A DNA stretch of 64,000 nt from Botryllus schlosseri (Eukaryota): assembly GCA_051294905.1 (NCBI GenBank), contig CM119372.1:24740001-24804000 (forward strand), given 5' to 3'. The stretch's first letter is position 1. The number at the start of each line of letters is the position of its first letter. The notes beneath the pieces were generated by a model. It searched no databases and was not told the origin of the DNA. It saw only the letters and a list, made by a program, of their open reading frames with translations. Positions 10,493 to 24,437 of this stretch are shown piece after piece. The position numbers and the translations under genes are program-made.

Positions 10493-13400
10493 TTATTTCT
10501 TCTTTTGCTTTGGTTGGTCAGGATGAGACTTCGTTTTCGTGAGATATTTCGGTACGTAGCTTTGAAAAGGATGCAGCTCTTTCCAAGTCTTCGTTACATA
10601 TGTAAGATCAGGATCGGCGGATTTGTAAACTGTCCAGTCGACCGACGGCTCGATTAGCGATCTTCCACCTATAGTTGATAACGATCAATTCTGTAATTGG
10701 GAGCGTACAGACACAGCGGGGGAACGTGTCTTAGTTTCAGCTGTTCCTTCAGCCGTTCAACAGAATTCCATGCATCAAGGGTGTGCAACGTAGGACCCGC
10801 ATACCCGCATTGAAAAAGATGTGCGGCCGGCGAAAAGGTTTTCACGATTTCGCGTGAATCCTTGCGCAGGGGTCATGAAATATAGTTTGCTAATTGCGCA
10901 TGATATTACAAGTTTGATATGAGTTCAAGTGAAGTAATAGTAGGGCCAGAACAACACTGAAATAATTAAAGTAGGCCTGTGTTGACTTTGCATATAAACA
11001 TTCTGTTTTCGATAACATTATGAAAAGTTTCGTGCTTGGCGCGATTTGCTTTCAGATATTCACGGCCGCTATTGTCCTTGTAAAACATAAAGCTTGAATA
11101 ATCGCAGTCTACCATCAATACAATAATAATAATAGAAAAATTCGGAATATCTAATGCAGGTCGATTACACTGGTAAACCCGGTTTTTGTTGACTTTGATC
11201 AGACAATTGATTTCGACCAACTTTTGGTCGCTGAACTCAAATATGACTTCCGTTTTTCTCTATTGCGTCAAGTTTTTTGGGTAGGCACCCACCCCATTGT
11301 CTCATAATCCACATAAAAGTACTACTTTTGATATTTTGTGTTTATTGTATAAAACGTTTCAAAAACCACAGGCAGTCAAAAGTTAACCAATGGACTTCAA
11401 ATAAACATTGGCACTGCTTTATTTGGTTGATTTAAAGCAGGGGTGGGCAAACTTTTGGGCTCGCGGGCCACATTCAACATCTAAATCCATTTGCGGGCCG
11501 CACTATATTAAATTGAGGTTATTAGCTAAAAGGAAATATTGTCATTTAATCATATAGCAGTGGTTTTTATTAGACACTTTATGATAGTGAAAAATTTCCC
11601 GACCTCCTTTATCGTGATATCACAAAATATCCAAGAGAGGTATCAGAATGTTAGCAATCTCAATGGATAGTTTGATAGCATTGAAGGTTATGGCTGTAGA
11701 CGAGAGAATTATCAAATATGTAATATGGAGAATAGACAGAGCAATGACCATGAACTGGAGGCAAATCGCGCGGAGCGAGAAAAATAATGTCAGTTTAGTG
11801 CGGCTTCGCGCCTCCTTTCAGATGCTTCCACGCCCCCCAGTGGATGGTCCTTATGAGTAACCAGTTTGTAAAGAAAAACACTCGTGGACCGAGCATTCAA
11901 CATCTAAATCCATTCGCCTGTCGCACTATATAAAATTGGGATTATAAACCAAAACGCAATATCGGTATTTTATTATATAGTGAGGATGTGGAATTTAAAT
12001 ATTTTTTATTTAAAACCAACCAACCATTGATTTGATGATATGGTACACGCGTCAGAAGTATTGGATGGATTTCATAAGCTGCTGGTCAACCTCAATATAA
12101 CCAATTTTCAAAACTAGGGATGAAAGTCGGTTGTCTAAGAACAAGATGGAGATTTGAATCTGTGAGCAATGATCTGTTTACAGATTTGCTTATTCTACTT
12201 TTGGTTCAACTCCAGGACTCACAATGCTGACAGCGTCATAACCATGTTAGCTTCAAATACGCTATATATAGATTTTATAAATATAAATACTTCTGCACAT
12301 ACAGAGAACGAATCTACCAACCACACGCGCGAATCGGTTTTTCCACGTACAGCACTAAAAATAATAAGCTTGCTGGAGTGGCCAATTTAAAATGTAAAGT
12401 CATTTCAATACGTTTCTCGAGCCTTTCGCGGGCCGCACAAAACGGTATCGCGGGCCGTAGTTTGCCCACCCCTGATTTAAACTGATATTGCTTCTGCAGG
12501 ACAAATAAAGTGCGAGTTTCAGGGTCCAAATTTACGCTATTAACTCATAATTCTGTGGGTTGTCTGGTTTGATTTTCGATTATCGAGCTTATAGGAGTTT
12601 CAAGGTATACACTGGATAATCTGAATGGGGCATTGGTCCTATATAGCTGATAGTAAATGTAATGTTTATTTTACTTGTTATATCCTGCAGTTTGCATCGT
12701 ATATGTCTCTGAAATATCCTCGGATGACCAAAAATGGATGACATTATCGACCTAGATCGATACCAGTACCTTTTTTCCTAATAATTCAATTGACCCCTTG
12801 GCTATTTAACTCATTATATGATAAGAGTGAGGATTTCTATATGGTATAGAAAAGTAATATGGCTAAATTCGTGAAAATTTGCCTATTTTGGGCATACGTC
12901 GTAGAGCAGAAATTTGACGTGATGAAAAAAACAGCGGTATATTTAGAATCAACGTACCAAAATTAGCCCAAATCAAGTGCAAAATCAAAGTCTGCAATTA
13001 TTTCGTTCAAAATTGTTACCCGATGTTATATTTAGATTTCCCGGGCTTTCCCTGTTACCAATGTTCCCTCTAAGCTGCGCACGTGCGCAATTGCGCAGTG
13101 CTGACCAGACATGGGGTAATCGCGATTAGTAATCGTAATCGATTACGACGATTACAGCATTTTGAAGTAATCGTAATCGCAATCGATTACATTCGAAAAA
13201 ATTACGAAGTAATCGTAATCGACTACTTTCCATATCTAATCGATTTTTTTGTGAAAGAACGATTACTTTTTATTGGTACACGGACTATCACATTGACTGA
13301 ACAGTCGTGCACAAGTAAGCGATATTATACCTGGTTAGTGATAACACAAACGTCTGATTTTCAAACGCCACTGCTCATTATTACGTCAGAAGTATTGGCT

Positions 13401-16400
13401 TTGCTCGAAATTGCGTAATAAGTGTTCACACATAGTAAATAGATATTAGAATTGGATGTACTTGTACATTGTAGTGTGATTGTAAGAGCACCCGAAATGC
13501 TACATATCTGGCTATCATTACCAGAGATGCCACTCCTGGGTTTTTCCACCCATATCTGGGTTTTTCGAGCATCACCTGGGTTTCTGGGTTTTTGTGCTTG
13601 AAATCTGGGTTTTTTTCAACATCATGTTTGTCAGGTCAATTTTACGGCGCAAAATTGATTATTAGCTTAGTAAGATCTTATAATATCGAAGGATTCTACT
13701 GTGATTGAGTCTAAAGAGACCCATTTACTATTAAAATGAGAGGTCTTGGCGTGATGAGAGAGCTTAATCGAATACTGACTACTAGGTCGTAGAAAGTCGT
13801 TTTCACAAGGCAACTCTGGAGCATTTGTTTTGCAATTCAAAACGATTTAGGACTTGAATGCTAGCGCTGCAACAAATTCGTTGTGTGTCAGTAAATAGTA
13901 TGTACCTGCTGTAAAGTATGCAACTAATGCACATGGAAAGACCAAATGTTGATCTAACTAATTTACCATGTTGACATCAGAGTATATTCACTTTCAACAG
14001 GGACACTCAAAGAGACGGGTTGGGCACCCGGGCAAGTTATTCAGAGGGAGAGGGGTTTGTCAAATTCAAATGTACCCTTAATTTCACGATCTGGCAGTTT
14101 CTTCTTTGACTAAACATCACAGATAAAAGTGCTTGTCCCAGGTTTAATGAATCGAAAGCTATTCTTAATCTATCTGGTCAGCTCACAGTCACTGGAACTA
14201 CCCTAAAATCATCCTCATCATAGATGGGAATTAGTATTGTGACAAACATTACGAATATATAATAAACTACGTATTGACCCCCCCCCCTCTATACCGAATG
14301 CCCGTAGCAATGTATCGAGAGGAAAGCATCATATTTCGATGGATTTGCTCATTTAACTGAGCAAAATGTATAGTATGAAAATGAACAGTTGGGATTTCAA
14401 TATCAAGGGCTAAAACTTCTTCTATGCCCGTATAACTGTCATTGATGACTCTCAGTCACTGTTTTGCAGCTATGTCATATAAATTTGAGTGAAATATAGG
14501 ATCTGGGTTTTTCTGGGTTTTTTCAACGTCCAAATCTGGGGTTTTCCAAAATATCTCAGTGGCATCTCTGATCATTACCCTCGAAACACCACTACCTCGC
14601 ATCAGGACAATATTCACCACTTTGCCTGGTTTCGAATAGTAACTTATCTATTGATATTTGGTTATGCTGAGGTAAACGCAATTTGACCGTTGCTGCTTGG
14701 CGAGCTGTAGGCATATGTAGCCTACGTGTACGTGCGTACACCTGACAAAGATTTTTAGTTCTGTGCTCGACAAATGATATATTAAGATTTCAACAACGAA
14801 GCAATGCAAACTGCTGCTACATATCATAACCGAGCCGTTCTTCGCCGTTTCTCGTAACCGCAGCAAGCACTTTCTGTATTCAGTGGAAGGCAGGATTTAT
14901 GCTCATTTTATCTTATTCTCCTATGACTATACTTGAAACGGGAGCCAATCGTTATTTCGCAATTCTTTACTCAACACTTGGACCTGGTGCCATAGCAATC
15001 CGCTTATACACCATGTTAGCGTGGGATCAGGACCAAAACAGCAATTCGTCCCCCACTACAAACGTTGGTCTTACGCCTTCATAGGGTGGTTAATTTTAAA
15101 GTTGATGACGGAATTTCGTCAATAATATTGGTAATTGCATTATGTTACTATACATTTTAACCCTCTCTCAGCCCCGATGGTCAGATTTACCAGTAGAGCC
15201 GGGGACACATGATTCATAATTATATCATCTGCTATGTTGTTATTATTACTTTATTTCAGTGGTTCCCAACCTGTGGTACGCGTAGGCTACCACTAGTGGT
15301 ACGCAAAGGTCTTCCAGGTGGTACGCGAGTAGATTCTGTTTTTTTTTTCGATCGAAGGCTAAGGTACGTCCGTGGCAAAGTACGTCGAAGAAACGAAAAC
15401 GACTTGTGGCGCCCATGCATGACTTTCGATGCGCTGTGAGCAAACGGATGCCACGCATCGACCAGCTAGTGGAAAATAAACATATGCAGCCATCGCATTA
15501 AATGAATTGACTTTTGTTGTTTGTTAATGTTATTTCATTATGTTTTTCTTCTTGTAACTGGTGGTGAAAAGACAATTCCATGCATCACATCAACCCTGGC
15601 TGATAATGACTAATTTAATGGAATTTCTTATTACACCTCGCATATGGGACTGGGCATAATGATTCGAGTACTCGAATCTGAATCGAGTATTAATTTTAAT
15701 GATTCGAGTCGAGTAGTAAAAGGCGATTTTCTCGAGTACTGGAATTATACGCTCCTCACCACTAAAAGCTAATTTATCAACGAGGATTATAGTTCGATAC
15801 TACTTTTCACTGTTGAAGCCATGAAACCTTGACATGCCGTACCGTAGCATACAATACATGTAGTACAACGCTACGACCGTTACTGGGAATAACACGATTC
15901 TGAATTCATGATCATTCCACAACATTGTCACCAAGTGCAATGAAATCGGTATGGTCCAGAAAATACCTAAGTATCTTCAATGTGATGAATAACGGGCATT
16001 ATATTCTTTGCAGTGGTATTAAAGGTACATTTTGTACTTTGACATACTGCATTCGGTTATGACGTCACGATGAGTGATACTCGATTACTCGACACGAAGC
16101 AGAATGCGCGATTCAGAATCGAATCCCCGGGTTCTCAATTTTGCCCAGCCCTACTCGCATAGGTATAATACGTGATTATGACGTCATAGATGGTGGATGT
16201 AGGGTAGGTGGTAACCGAGCACTGCATAAAACCTCGAAATCGTAAGTGGGTGAAAAAAGGTTGGGAACCACTGCTTTATTTGAACAGCTTCTTGGAGGTA
16301 CAGAACCTTAATATACAGTTGAATAGTATATTCATATTGAAATGAATATACTATTCAATTATACTTTATTGTGTGTTGTTAATTCGCGACCTCCAGTCTG

Positions 16401-18158
16401 TTATAAAATCAAAAGATATTGTAGTCGCCCAATCGTGGCAGACTAAAAGAAAAACTTTCGTAAGACGCAAACACAAATTGTCATGTCTTCATTACTCTGT
16501 GAGTGCCTGGGGTGGCGCTTCTATTGTGGGGCTCAGTTTGGAAGGATAGGGCTATTCGTCACGCCCACCAAGCATTGCTGTATTGATAATGGACACATAC
16601 CACGGTCTTTTTTTGGTAACACACTTCGTGAAGTCGCATATTGGCCGAAAGTGCATACGTCTTTTGGAGTATCGTGGCGCGGTAATGACCGGGACCGAAA
16701 TGCCTATTCCTATCAATTATGCGTGCTTTTTTTCTTGAGGGAGAGGGGTTTGCACTTCAAAATCAAGCTATCTACAGAGATACTAAATCACGAAACTCGA
16801 CAAAAATTTTAGAGTTAATTAAATTTATCTAAAATAATTTTTATGTTGATTTACGAAAAAACTCCTCTTCGAGCTCGTTCCCCATTTCGTTGAGTTTGGG
16901 GTGCGGAAGTTACGAACCTGGCAAGAACCCAAATCGTTGGGTGCGATAAATCGTCCTCTATAAAGTTGACAGTTGAGCAATGGGTACATTATGACGTGAC
17001 AAGCAAATGGCGTATAATTTATAAAGAAATTTGTCATCTCCTTATGCCTTTTCATCGCAATCCTTATATTGTCTTCAATATATCTTCTAAGATTAGTTCT
17101 AAGAAGCAAAATGAATGTAATCGTGATTACTTTTACAATGTAATCGTAATCGTAATCGACTACTTCCTGATTTTACTGTAATCGTAATCGTAATCGTAAT
17201 CGCGTGATTCAGAAGTAATCGCAATCGCAATCGATTACATTCATGAAGTAATCACCCCATGTCTGGTGCTGACACGCTCTCTGCGCACAGAAAATCTAAG
17301 CTGCGCACACAAAATCCGAAGTGATGACCTTTTTTAGTCGTTACGCACTGTTGTCCAAGGGGCCGCGCAGTGAGTTGGTGAGTGCGCGTAGACTCGTCAA
17401 GAATTAGAGGGAACATTGCCTGTTACATACCATGTCTTTCTCTGAAAATGCTCAACTCTTGGGAAGTGTGACTCGGTGACGTAAGTTCACTGTCTGAATT
17501 GAAAACGAAGAGTCCTTGTAATGTTTCTATTATCTCTAATTTCGACACACGACAAACGTATTATACGTGTCAGGACAGTCAGTAGGGTGTAATTAGTGGG
17601 TGCAATTAGTGCGGGTTCGCTGTATGTATTTAGCGACCATGTATCGTTGTTTAGAATTCGAGATCTTCTCATATTAGACTGGCATAGCGTTACCAATTGG
17701 ATAATGCTGAGAGATTTTATGAACAAAAGAAATCTATCCTCGAGTACGGAAAAAACTATGTTTTCGTTCATATCAATTCACTTGAAGTCACAGAAAACAG
17801 GCATACTTCAAGGAAGCCCCTACATATTTTTGCCAACCGTGTGATCCAGATTTATAGCTGCCCCGAGTTGGCACGTAAGGTACTCCTCTCCCCAAGTTGG
17901 GTTATATATGTCAGATATATGAACAATCAACATACAGAAGATTTAGATCGTGGAATTCCACGATCGATTAATGTCACAACGTCAACTCCATTCGTTCAGG
18001 TCTGCTCAATAAAACGCCATTTCAAAACATATTTTAGGGTAACGGCAAATGGTGATTACCTGCTTTTCCATCTTTTCGCTTGAATTTCAATTGAATGCTA
18101 TTCACGTCGATTTCCGAAGAAACGTTATCTCCAAAATCTTCACTTATATAGGTGGATT
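10493..18158 (-). CDS. Candidate exons of a second unidentified gene (18060-18158, 17431-17493, 10493-10668)
   Basis: Non-repeat islands with AG/GT borders, all phase 1: ESTYISEDFGDNVSSEIDVNSIQLKFKRKDGKA / DSELTSPSHTSQELSIFRERH / GGRSLIEPSVDWTVYKSADPDLTYVTKTWKELHPFQSYVPKYLTKTKSHPDQPKQKKK*; no homology recognised. Confidence 0.3.
11438..12474. mobile_element. hAT (Buster/Charlie-like) MITE
   Basis: TIR CAGGGGTGGGCAAACT / AGTTTGCCCACCCCTG; GCGGGCCGCA subterminal motifs; TSD ATTTAAAG/ATTTAAAC. Confidence 0.88.
13522..14570. mobile_element. hAT MITE (CAGAGATGCCACT family)
   Basis: Perfect TIRs; TSD ATCATTAC at 13514-13521 and 14571-14578. Confidence 0.9.
15257..16273. mobile_element. hAT (Buster-like) MITE containing a further MITE
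   Basis: TIR CAGTGGTTCCCAACC / GGTTGGGAACCACTG; TSD CTTTATTT. Confidence 0.9.
15645..16153. mobile_element. hAT MITE (TAGGGCTGGGCA TIR), innermost element of nest 1
   Basis: TGGGACTGGGCA...TGCCCAGCCCTA; TSD CTCGCATA at 15637-15644 and 16154-16161. Confidence 0.82.
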
Positions 18159-18492
18159 CTGCGTTCAAATTGAGTAACATTTAGGAAATGTAATATCTAA
18201 AACGCTTGAAAGACATATGTTGGAGGAACTCGAATATGACTCTGATAGGCCTACTGCGTTTCATAAATCATACATAATTAACAAATGATCTAATAACTAT
18301 GACAATATCTCGGTCAGATGAGAATTTAAATGAGTGCCTCTCGAAATATGTCATTGTAATTGACATTCTTCGTGTTTATCCCAGACGGGTTCGTGGTAAC
18401 TAACCATTGGGACTCCGAAACATACTGAGCAAGATAACGACATCGCATGCATACATGGAGTAATCGCGATTAGTAATCGTAATCGATTACGA

Positions 18493-19185
18493 CAGTGGTT
18501 CCCAACCGGGGGGGAATTCCCCCCTTGGGGGGAATTTTGAAATTTTTAGGGGGGAATCTGGCTTTGGCACTGTATCGGAAGATACACTGGGTTTACAAGG
18601 TTTTTAGATTTTTATGGTATAGAACTGTTAAGTAGAAAATAGTTCTTAAGAATTCTATGTTTCTTTGGCGGATTTCAAGCTAGGTGTATAGGCCTATGTT
18701 TAAATGCCTTCCGTAGATATTACACCCCATGATAAATGAAGGCTCACGAGACGATTTTGTTCGGCCCGCGACAGCCTCTCGACCAAATTACTACTAAGCA
18801 GGAAAACGTCAAGCCGAATTCAGCAAGAAGGCTGCAAGTGAAATTGTTTAAATTTTTGAGCCAACAGATGAACTAACATGAAAAACATACCAAATTCATC
18901 GATTCAACTCAAGTCCATAGCAAGCGAACTTATTGATTTATTTCTCGTCAGCGGCTACATGACCGGTCAAATTTAACTGTACTTTACCAAAGTTTAGTGC
19001 GATCCGCATTCGACATAGTTCGGACATATCTGAATATGTTTGGCCATTCATTGCTCAGTCAAAAACAGGTTTCGCGTTAAAAAGCACATTTTTTTAGTCA
19101 CAGGCAACTTTTTCATAGGGGGGGAATTTTAGCTCAAATATTGGCCAAGGGGGGAACGAGACAAAAAAGGTTGCGGGAACCACTG
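18493..19185. mobile_element. hAT (Buster-like) MITE
   Basis: CAGTGGTTCCC...GGGAACCACTG; GGGGGGAATT motifs; TSD GATTACGA. Confidence 0.88.
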
Positions 19186-19512
19186 GATTACGACGATTAC
19201 TGCATTTTCAAGTAATCGTAATCGCAATCGATTACATTCGAAAAAATTCCGAAGTAATCGTAATCGACTACTTCCCATATCTAATCGATTTCTTTGTAAA
19301 AGGACGATTACTTTTCATTTGTACAAGGACTATGACATAAACTGAACATTCGTGAACAAGGACGAGATATTATACCAGGTTCGTGATAGCACAAACGTCT
19401 GATTTTCAAATGCCATTGCTCATTATTACGTCAGAAGTAGACTATTAGCTTGCTGGTCATTGCGTAAGAAGTATCCACAGTAAATAGATATTCGATTGTA
19501 CGTACATTAGTG

Positions 19513-21219
19513 CAGTGCTCTTCAACCTTTTTCGACGTGGTACACCCTTTTAACGTTTGCTCAAAACTCGTACACCCCTGTTCATTAGGGGTCTTCAAAC
19601 ATGACTATTCTTCTCAAATCGTACTGGCTACTTGATAAAATTGTTAAGTTACCTAACTTAAGCCTACACACCAAATTTGGTTCAATTCCAACTAGTAGCG
19701 GCCTTGGTACGGGAGAGGAAAGTTTCTATTTACTATACAAAAATAAATAACGAAAAATTTGAAATTTTTCTGTTCACCCTATGAAAGTATTAGGTTGTCT
19801 ATAAAAACTATGTTCTTCAAATTTGGTTCAATTCCGACCAATAGAAGCGGAGTTATTGCCGTCAAAAAAATTGGATTTGAATAAAATAGTATTTGGTCAC
19901 AGAGTCGCAGCCAGTTAGGCAGCCCGCCACGCAAATTTAGGCTTACCATATTTTGGAAATCTAAAAAGAGGACACTTTTTCAGAAATTTGAGACTTGCAA
20001 AACCGGAGAAGAATTCTAAAAAACCGGTGAATTTTTCCCACTTGGTGATCGGTTGACTGAAATAAAAGGTCGTCTTTCCGCTCAGAGCTCAAAATACCGT
20101 TTTTCTCTCCGCATTGCTAGGTGCATGACTAAAAAAAAGGTCAACGTTTCACTCAGAGCTAAAATCACAGTTTTTCACTCCGAAATACCCGCCGGAGCGT
20201 CACTTCTGTGCTGATTTACGGCGTATCACTCGCAATTTGCACTAAATCTGACCTGAATTTTCAAAAAAGAGGACAAAATCTCAAAAAAAGGGGACAAAAG
20301 GGCGTCCTCCGAGGACACTTTCAAAAAAGTCAAAAAAGAAGACAAATCCTCTTAAAAGAGGACGTATGGTAACCCTACGCAAATTGGAATTTATTTCGTG
20401 TCAGAGCAAAAACAGCATGATATAACGAACGATAATCAACCTAAATGTAACAGTATTGGGGGGAGAGTAGGTAAAGCTAGTGCTGCAGAAACGGTAATTC
20501 AGATCAGCGATGATAGCAGGCGCACCAGCCTACTGCGCATCAGGCCTGCCACACACCACACAGAGTCGATAGTAGCACATGGGCTGCAAGAGATGTCAGT
20601 GACCTCAGAATCGTATGCCGCTACACACAGTCCATTGTCGCTAATTTACATCACTTATAACAAAATACTAAATTGCTAATGTGTGGCGAAAGATTGGACA
20701 TACAGTCGGCATTTTAAAACAAAAGGGTTTCGATTTCAATGTGGAAGCTGTTTCGACCCTGGCTGGCTACGTCACTTCATTTATGTGCATTGCGGTATTT
20801 ATTAGCGTCGGGTAGGAAGCACAGATTCAAAAAGTCTGAGCTATCGCGGCGGTTTCCTCAAAAATCCCTAAAATACAAATGACTAGCTGAAAACATGTTT
20901 GTTAACTGCATACTTTACAACACCAAACGGAACCATTGGTCTATTGCCGACGGCTAAATGAAGAGAAGAAATATTTGCTTATGACATCACAATCAAGCGG
21001 TGTACAGTATTACACTTGAGATAACATTGTACCATATTGCTCGTTAACCTGTGCGTCAACCCGTCTGTACTGACCTACAAACCTGCATTTGTGATAGCTA
21101 GCCATCGGCTCATTGTTACTCGGATCTGGTACACCCCTGTACACCCCATCCGAGTGGTACACCCTTTGCAAATTCTGGTACACCCTAGGGAGTACGACCA
21201 CCCCGGTTGAAGAGCACTG
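19513..21219. mobile_element. hAT (Buster-like) non-autonomous element
   Basis: TIR CAGTGCTCTTCAACC / GGTTGAAGAGCACTG; GTACACCC motifs; TSD CATTAGTG. Confidence 0.9.
19938..20377. mobile_element. hAT MITE (TAGGGTTACCATA TIR)
   Basis: TAGGCTTACCATA / TATGGTAACCCTA; AAAAGAGGAC repeats; TSD CGCAAATT. Confidence 0.87.
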
Positions 21220-21388
21220 CATTAGTGTGATTGTAAGAACACGTTCCACACGGCAGTACCTCGCAGCATGATAATTAATCACATCTCTGCCTAGTTTAAA
21301 ATATTAACTTGTGTATTGATGTTTGGTTATGCTTAAACGCAGTTTGACCGTTGCTCCTTGGCGAGCAGTAGGCCTATGTAGTACGTAC

Positions 21389-24300
21389 CAGACATGGGGT
21401 GATTACTTCATGAATGTAATCGATTGCGATTACGATTACTTCGGAATCACGGGATTACGATTACGATTACAGCAAAATCAGGAAGTAGTCGATTACGATA
21501 ACGATTACATTGGAAAAGTAATCACGATTACTCACGATTACATTTATTTTGCTTCTTAAAACTAATCTCGGAAGATATATTGAAGACAATATAAGGTTGC
21601 GATGAAAAGGCCTAATGAGATTACAACTTTCTTTATAAATGATACGTCATTTGGTTGTTACGTCACAATTCACCCATTCCGCCCTTGTAGGGGACGATTT
21701 ATCGCACCCAACGCATTGCATTCTTGCCAGGCTCGTAACCGCTGCTCCCCCATCTCACCAATGGGTTGAGAGCGAGCTCGAAAGGCACTCAAAAGTATTT
21801 CGCAAATCAACAGAGAGTATTTTTGAGAGATTAAATTAACTTTAAAATTTTCTTCGAGTGTCTCTAGAATGACGCTAGAATGTCTCTAAAATGTATCTAT
21901 ATAGCTTTTTGAAATGCATACCTCTCCCGCTCAAGAACAAAGCATGCATAAATTATAGGTATAGGCATTTCGGTCCCAATCATTACCGCGCCACGAGACA
22001 CCAAAAGATATATGCAGTTTCGGCCAACATGCGACTTTACACGAAATGTGCTACCAAAGCAACACCCTTACCGAAACATTGGGTATGTAGCCTATCCATT
22101 GTCAATAGCAGCGGTGGGTGGGCGTGACCAATAATCATGTCCTTCCAATCTGATCCCCACAATACAAATGCCATCCGGGGCACCCACAGAGGAATGAAGA
22201 CATGACAATTTGTGTGTGCGTCTCACGAAAGTTTTTCCTTTAGTCTGCTACGTTTGGGCAACTACAATATCTTTTGATTATATAACAGACGGTAGGTCAC
22301 GAATTAACAGCAGAATAAAGTACTTATAACAACACACCAGATGTTATTATTATGAATTACGTGCCCCCAGCTCTACAGGTAAATCTGACCATCGGGGCTG
22401 AGAGAGGATTAAAAATAAATTGTAACATCACGCAATAACCAATATTATTGACGAAATTCAGTCATCAAATTGAAAATTGACCACCCTATCGGGATCAACG
22501 TTTGGAGTGGGGGACGAATTACTGTTTTAGTTCAGATGCTAGCCACAACCCACGCTAACATGGTGTATAAGAGGACTTACATGACGGCAGGTCCAAATGT
22601 TGAGTAAAGAATTGCGAAATAACGATTGACGCCCGTTTGAAGTAGAGTCATACGAGAATAAGATAAAGTGATATAAAATTCTGCCGTCACTTGATGACAG
22701 ATATTGCTTGATGCTGTTACGAGAAACGGCAAAGAACGGCTCGGTTATGATATATATCAGCAGTTGTTCATTTTTAATACTTCAGTTCAGTTTATTAATA
22801 AAAATTCATCATTTCAAAACACCACAAGAATGCGATTCAATGTAAAGATAGGAAGGTGTCGTAACGACTTGGAGAAGTCTTGGGGATCAGACACCCACCC
22901 TTCGTTGTGGAAATCGTAATGTTATGTTTCATTTGACGAGTACAAATTTCAAATATTTGTCCGATGTACGTACCTATGCCTACTGCTCGCCAAGCAGCAA
23001 CGGTCAAACTGCGTTTAACTACGCATAACCAAACATCAATACATCCGTTACTATTTGAAACTACAGGCAGAGTGGTGATTATTATCCTGCTGCGATGTAG
23101 TGACGTTTCGAAGGTATTGATAACCAGATATACAGCATGTCGGGTGTTCTTACAATCACTATCGTTATCGATCACATTCGATGCACTACGAAGTACAAAT
23201 CGAATATCTATTTACTAGGGATGGTGCGAACCCCTGAAAGGTTCAGGTTCGTGTGAACGCGAACCTTTTTGAAAGGTTCTGTGTGAACGCGAACGTGAAC
23301 CTTGTGACGTCACATTGCCAATTCCAACCCTACATGTCAGTGAAGTGATATGTTAATTTACACATATATACCTAGTGACGACTCAGGTCACATTATACCA
23401 CAATACTGAAGTACATGCTGACTTTTTAAACGTCACATAATGTATCTACTGGAGCAATCAAATGCTGTAATAATCCCTTACAATCAGTATCTTCCGTCGC
23501 TTTGCTGACAATTTCGTCGAGGAATTGCAAGGGAATGTAAGCTTACGCCTTAACGACCGAGGCCGGAACGGACAATGTATTCGGCGTCGGACTATTGAGC
23601 AGATGGATCCCCGAAAGCCTGCTTGATTTTTTATATTAGACAACGACCTATTTTTTTTATATCAATTTCAATAATTGGTTGAATAAGCATCAGTCGCTGA
23701 CTACGTTCATGGGCTGTATTTCGTTCTTGATGTCATGCGATTGCGGCGGGTCAAGCTTACAGCAGAGAGTCATTAAATATTCACAACCGAAAAGCTGAAA
23801 ATTTCAAGCAAACCTTTGTAACACAGCAAACAAATTTTTTGGTATTGGCAAGGTGTATGCTCGTTTAGTGTTGATTTTTTATGCTACCAGCGTCTCGCAT
23901 AGAGTGGTCTGCAGTTGAAATGCAAAGAATTCAAACCAATGATGTAATAATGACGTGATAAATTGTAATACATGAAAAAGGTTCACACTGCAGAACCTAC
24001 CAAAGTTCGTTTGTGAACGTGAACCTCTAAATTTCGAAGGTTCAGACACAGAACGCGAACGTGAACCTCACGCTCACACCATCCCTACTATTTACTAGTG
24101 TAGATACTTAGCCTACGCATTGACGAACAAACTAATACTTCTGACGTAATAATGAGCAGTGGCGTTTAAAAATCATACGTTTCTGCTATCACTAGCCTGG
24201 CATAATATCTCTCTCCTGTTCAGTGTTCACGAATGTTTAGTTTATGTGATTGCCCTTGTACAAATACTAAGTAATCGTTGTTTCACAAAGAAATCGATTA

Positions 24301-24437
24301 GATATGTGAAGTAGTCGATTACGATTAAGATTACTTCCGAATTTATTCGAATGTAATCGATTGCGATTACGATTACTTGAAAATGCTGTAATCGTCGTAA
24401 TCGATTACGATTACTAATCGCGATTACCCCATGTCTA
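21389..24437 (-). mobile_element. (GTAATC)n hAT element copy 3, inserted inverted inside copy 2
   Basis: CAGACATGGGGT / ACCCCATGTCTA; TSD GTACGTAC; internal sequence is the reverse complement of copies 1 and 2. Confidence 0.88.
23216..24087. mobile_element. hAT MITE (TAGGGATGGTG TIR)
   Basis: TAGGGATGGTG / CACCATCCCTA; GAACGCGAAC repeats; TSD CTATTTAC. Confidence 0.88.

Larger units (their letters stand above)
13106..17265 (+). mobile_element. ~2-kb non-autonomous hAT element with (GTAATC)n subterminal arrays, copy 1
   Basis: TIR CAGACATGGGGT / ACCCCATGTCTG; TSD GTGCTGAC; internal sequence shared with 18450-26241 and 21389-24437. Confidence 0.9.
13059..17418. mobile_element. Small hAT MITE (CAATGTTCCCTCTAA TIR), outer shell of nest 1
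   Basis: TIR CAATGTTCCCTCTAA / TTAGAGGGAACATTG; TSD CCTGTTAC at 13051-13058 and 17419-17426. Confidence 0.9.

Noticed and set aside
13115..13240. GTAATC/GATTAC arrays as CRISPR-like or telomeric repeats
   Set aside because: Irregular hexamers with no spacers, confined to subterminal regions of a TIR/TSD-bounded hAT element; eukaryotic context and no cas genes
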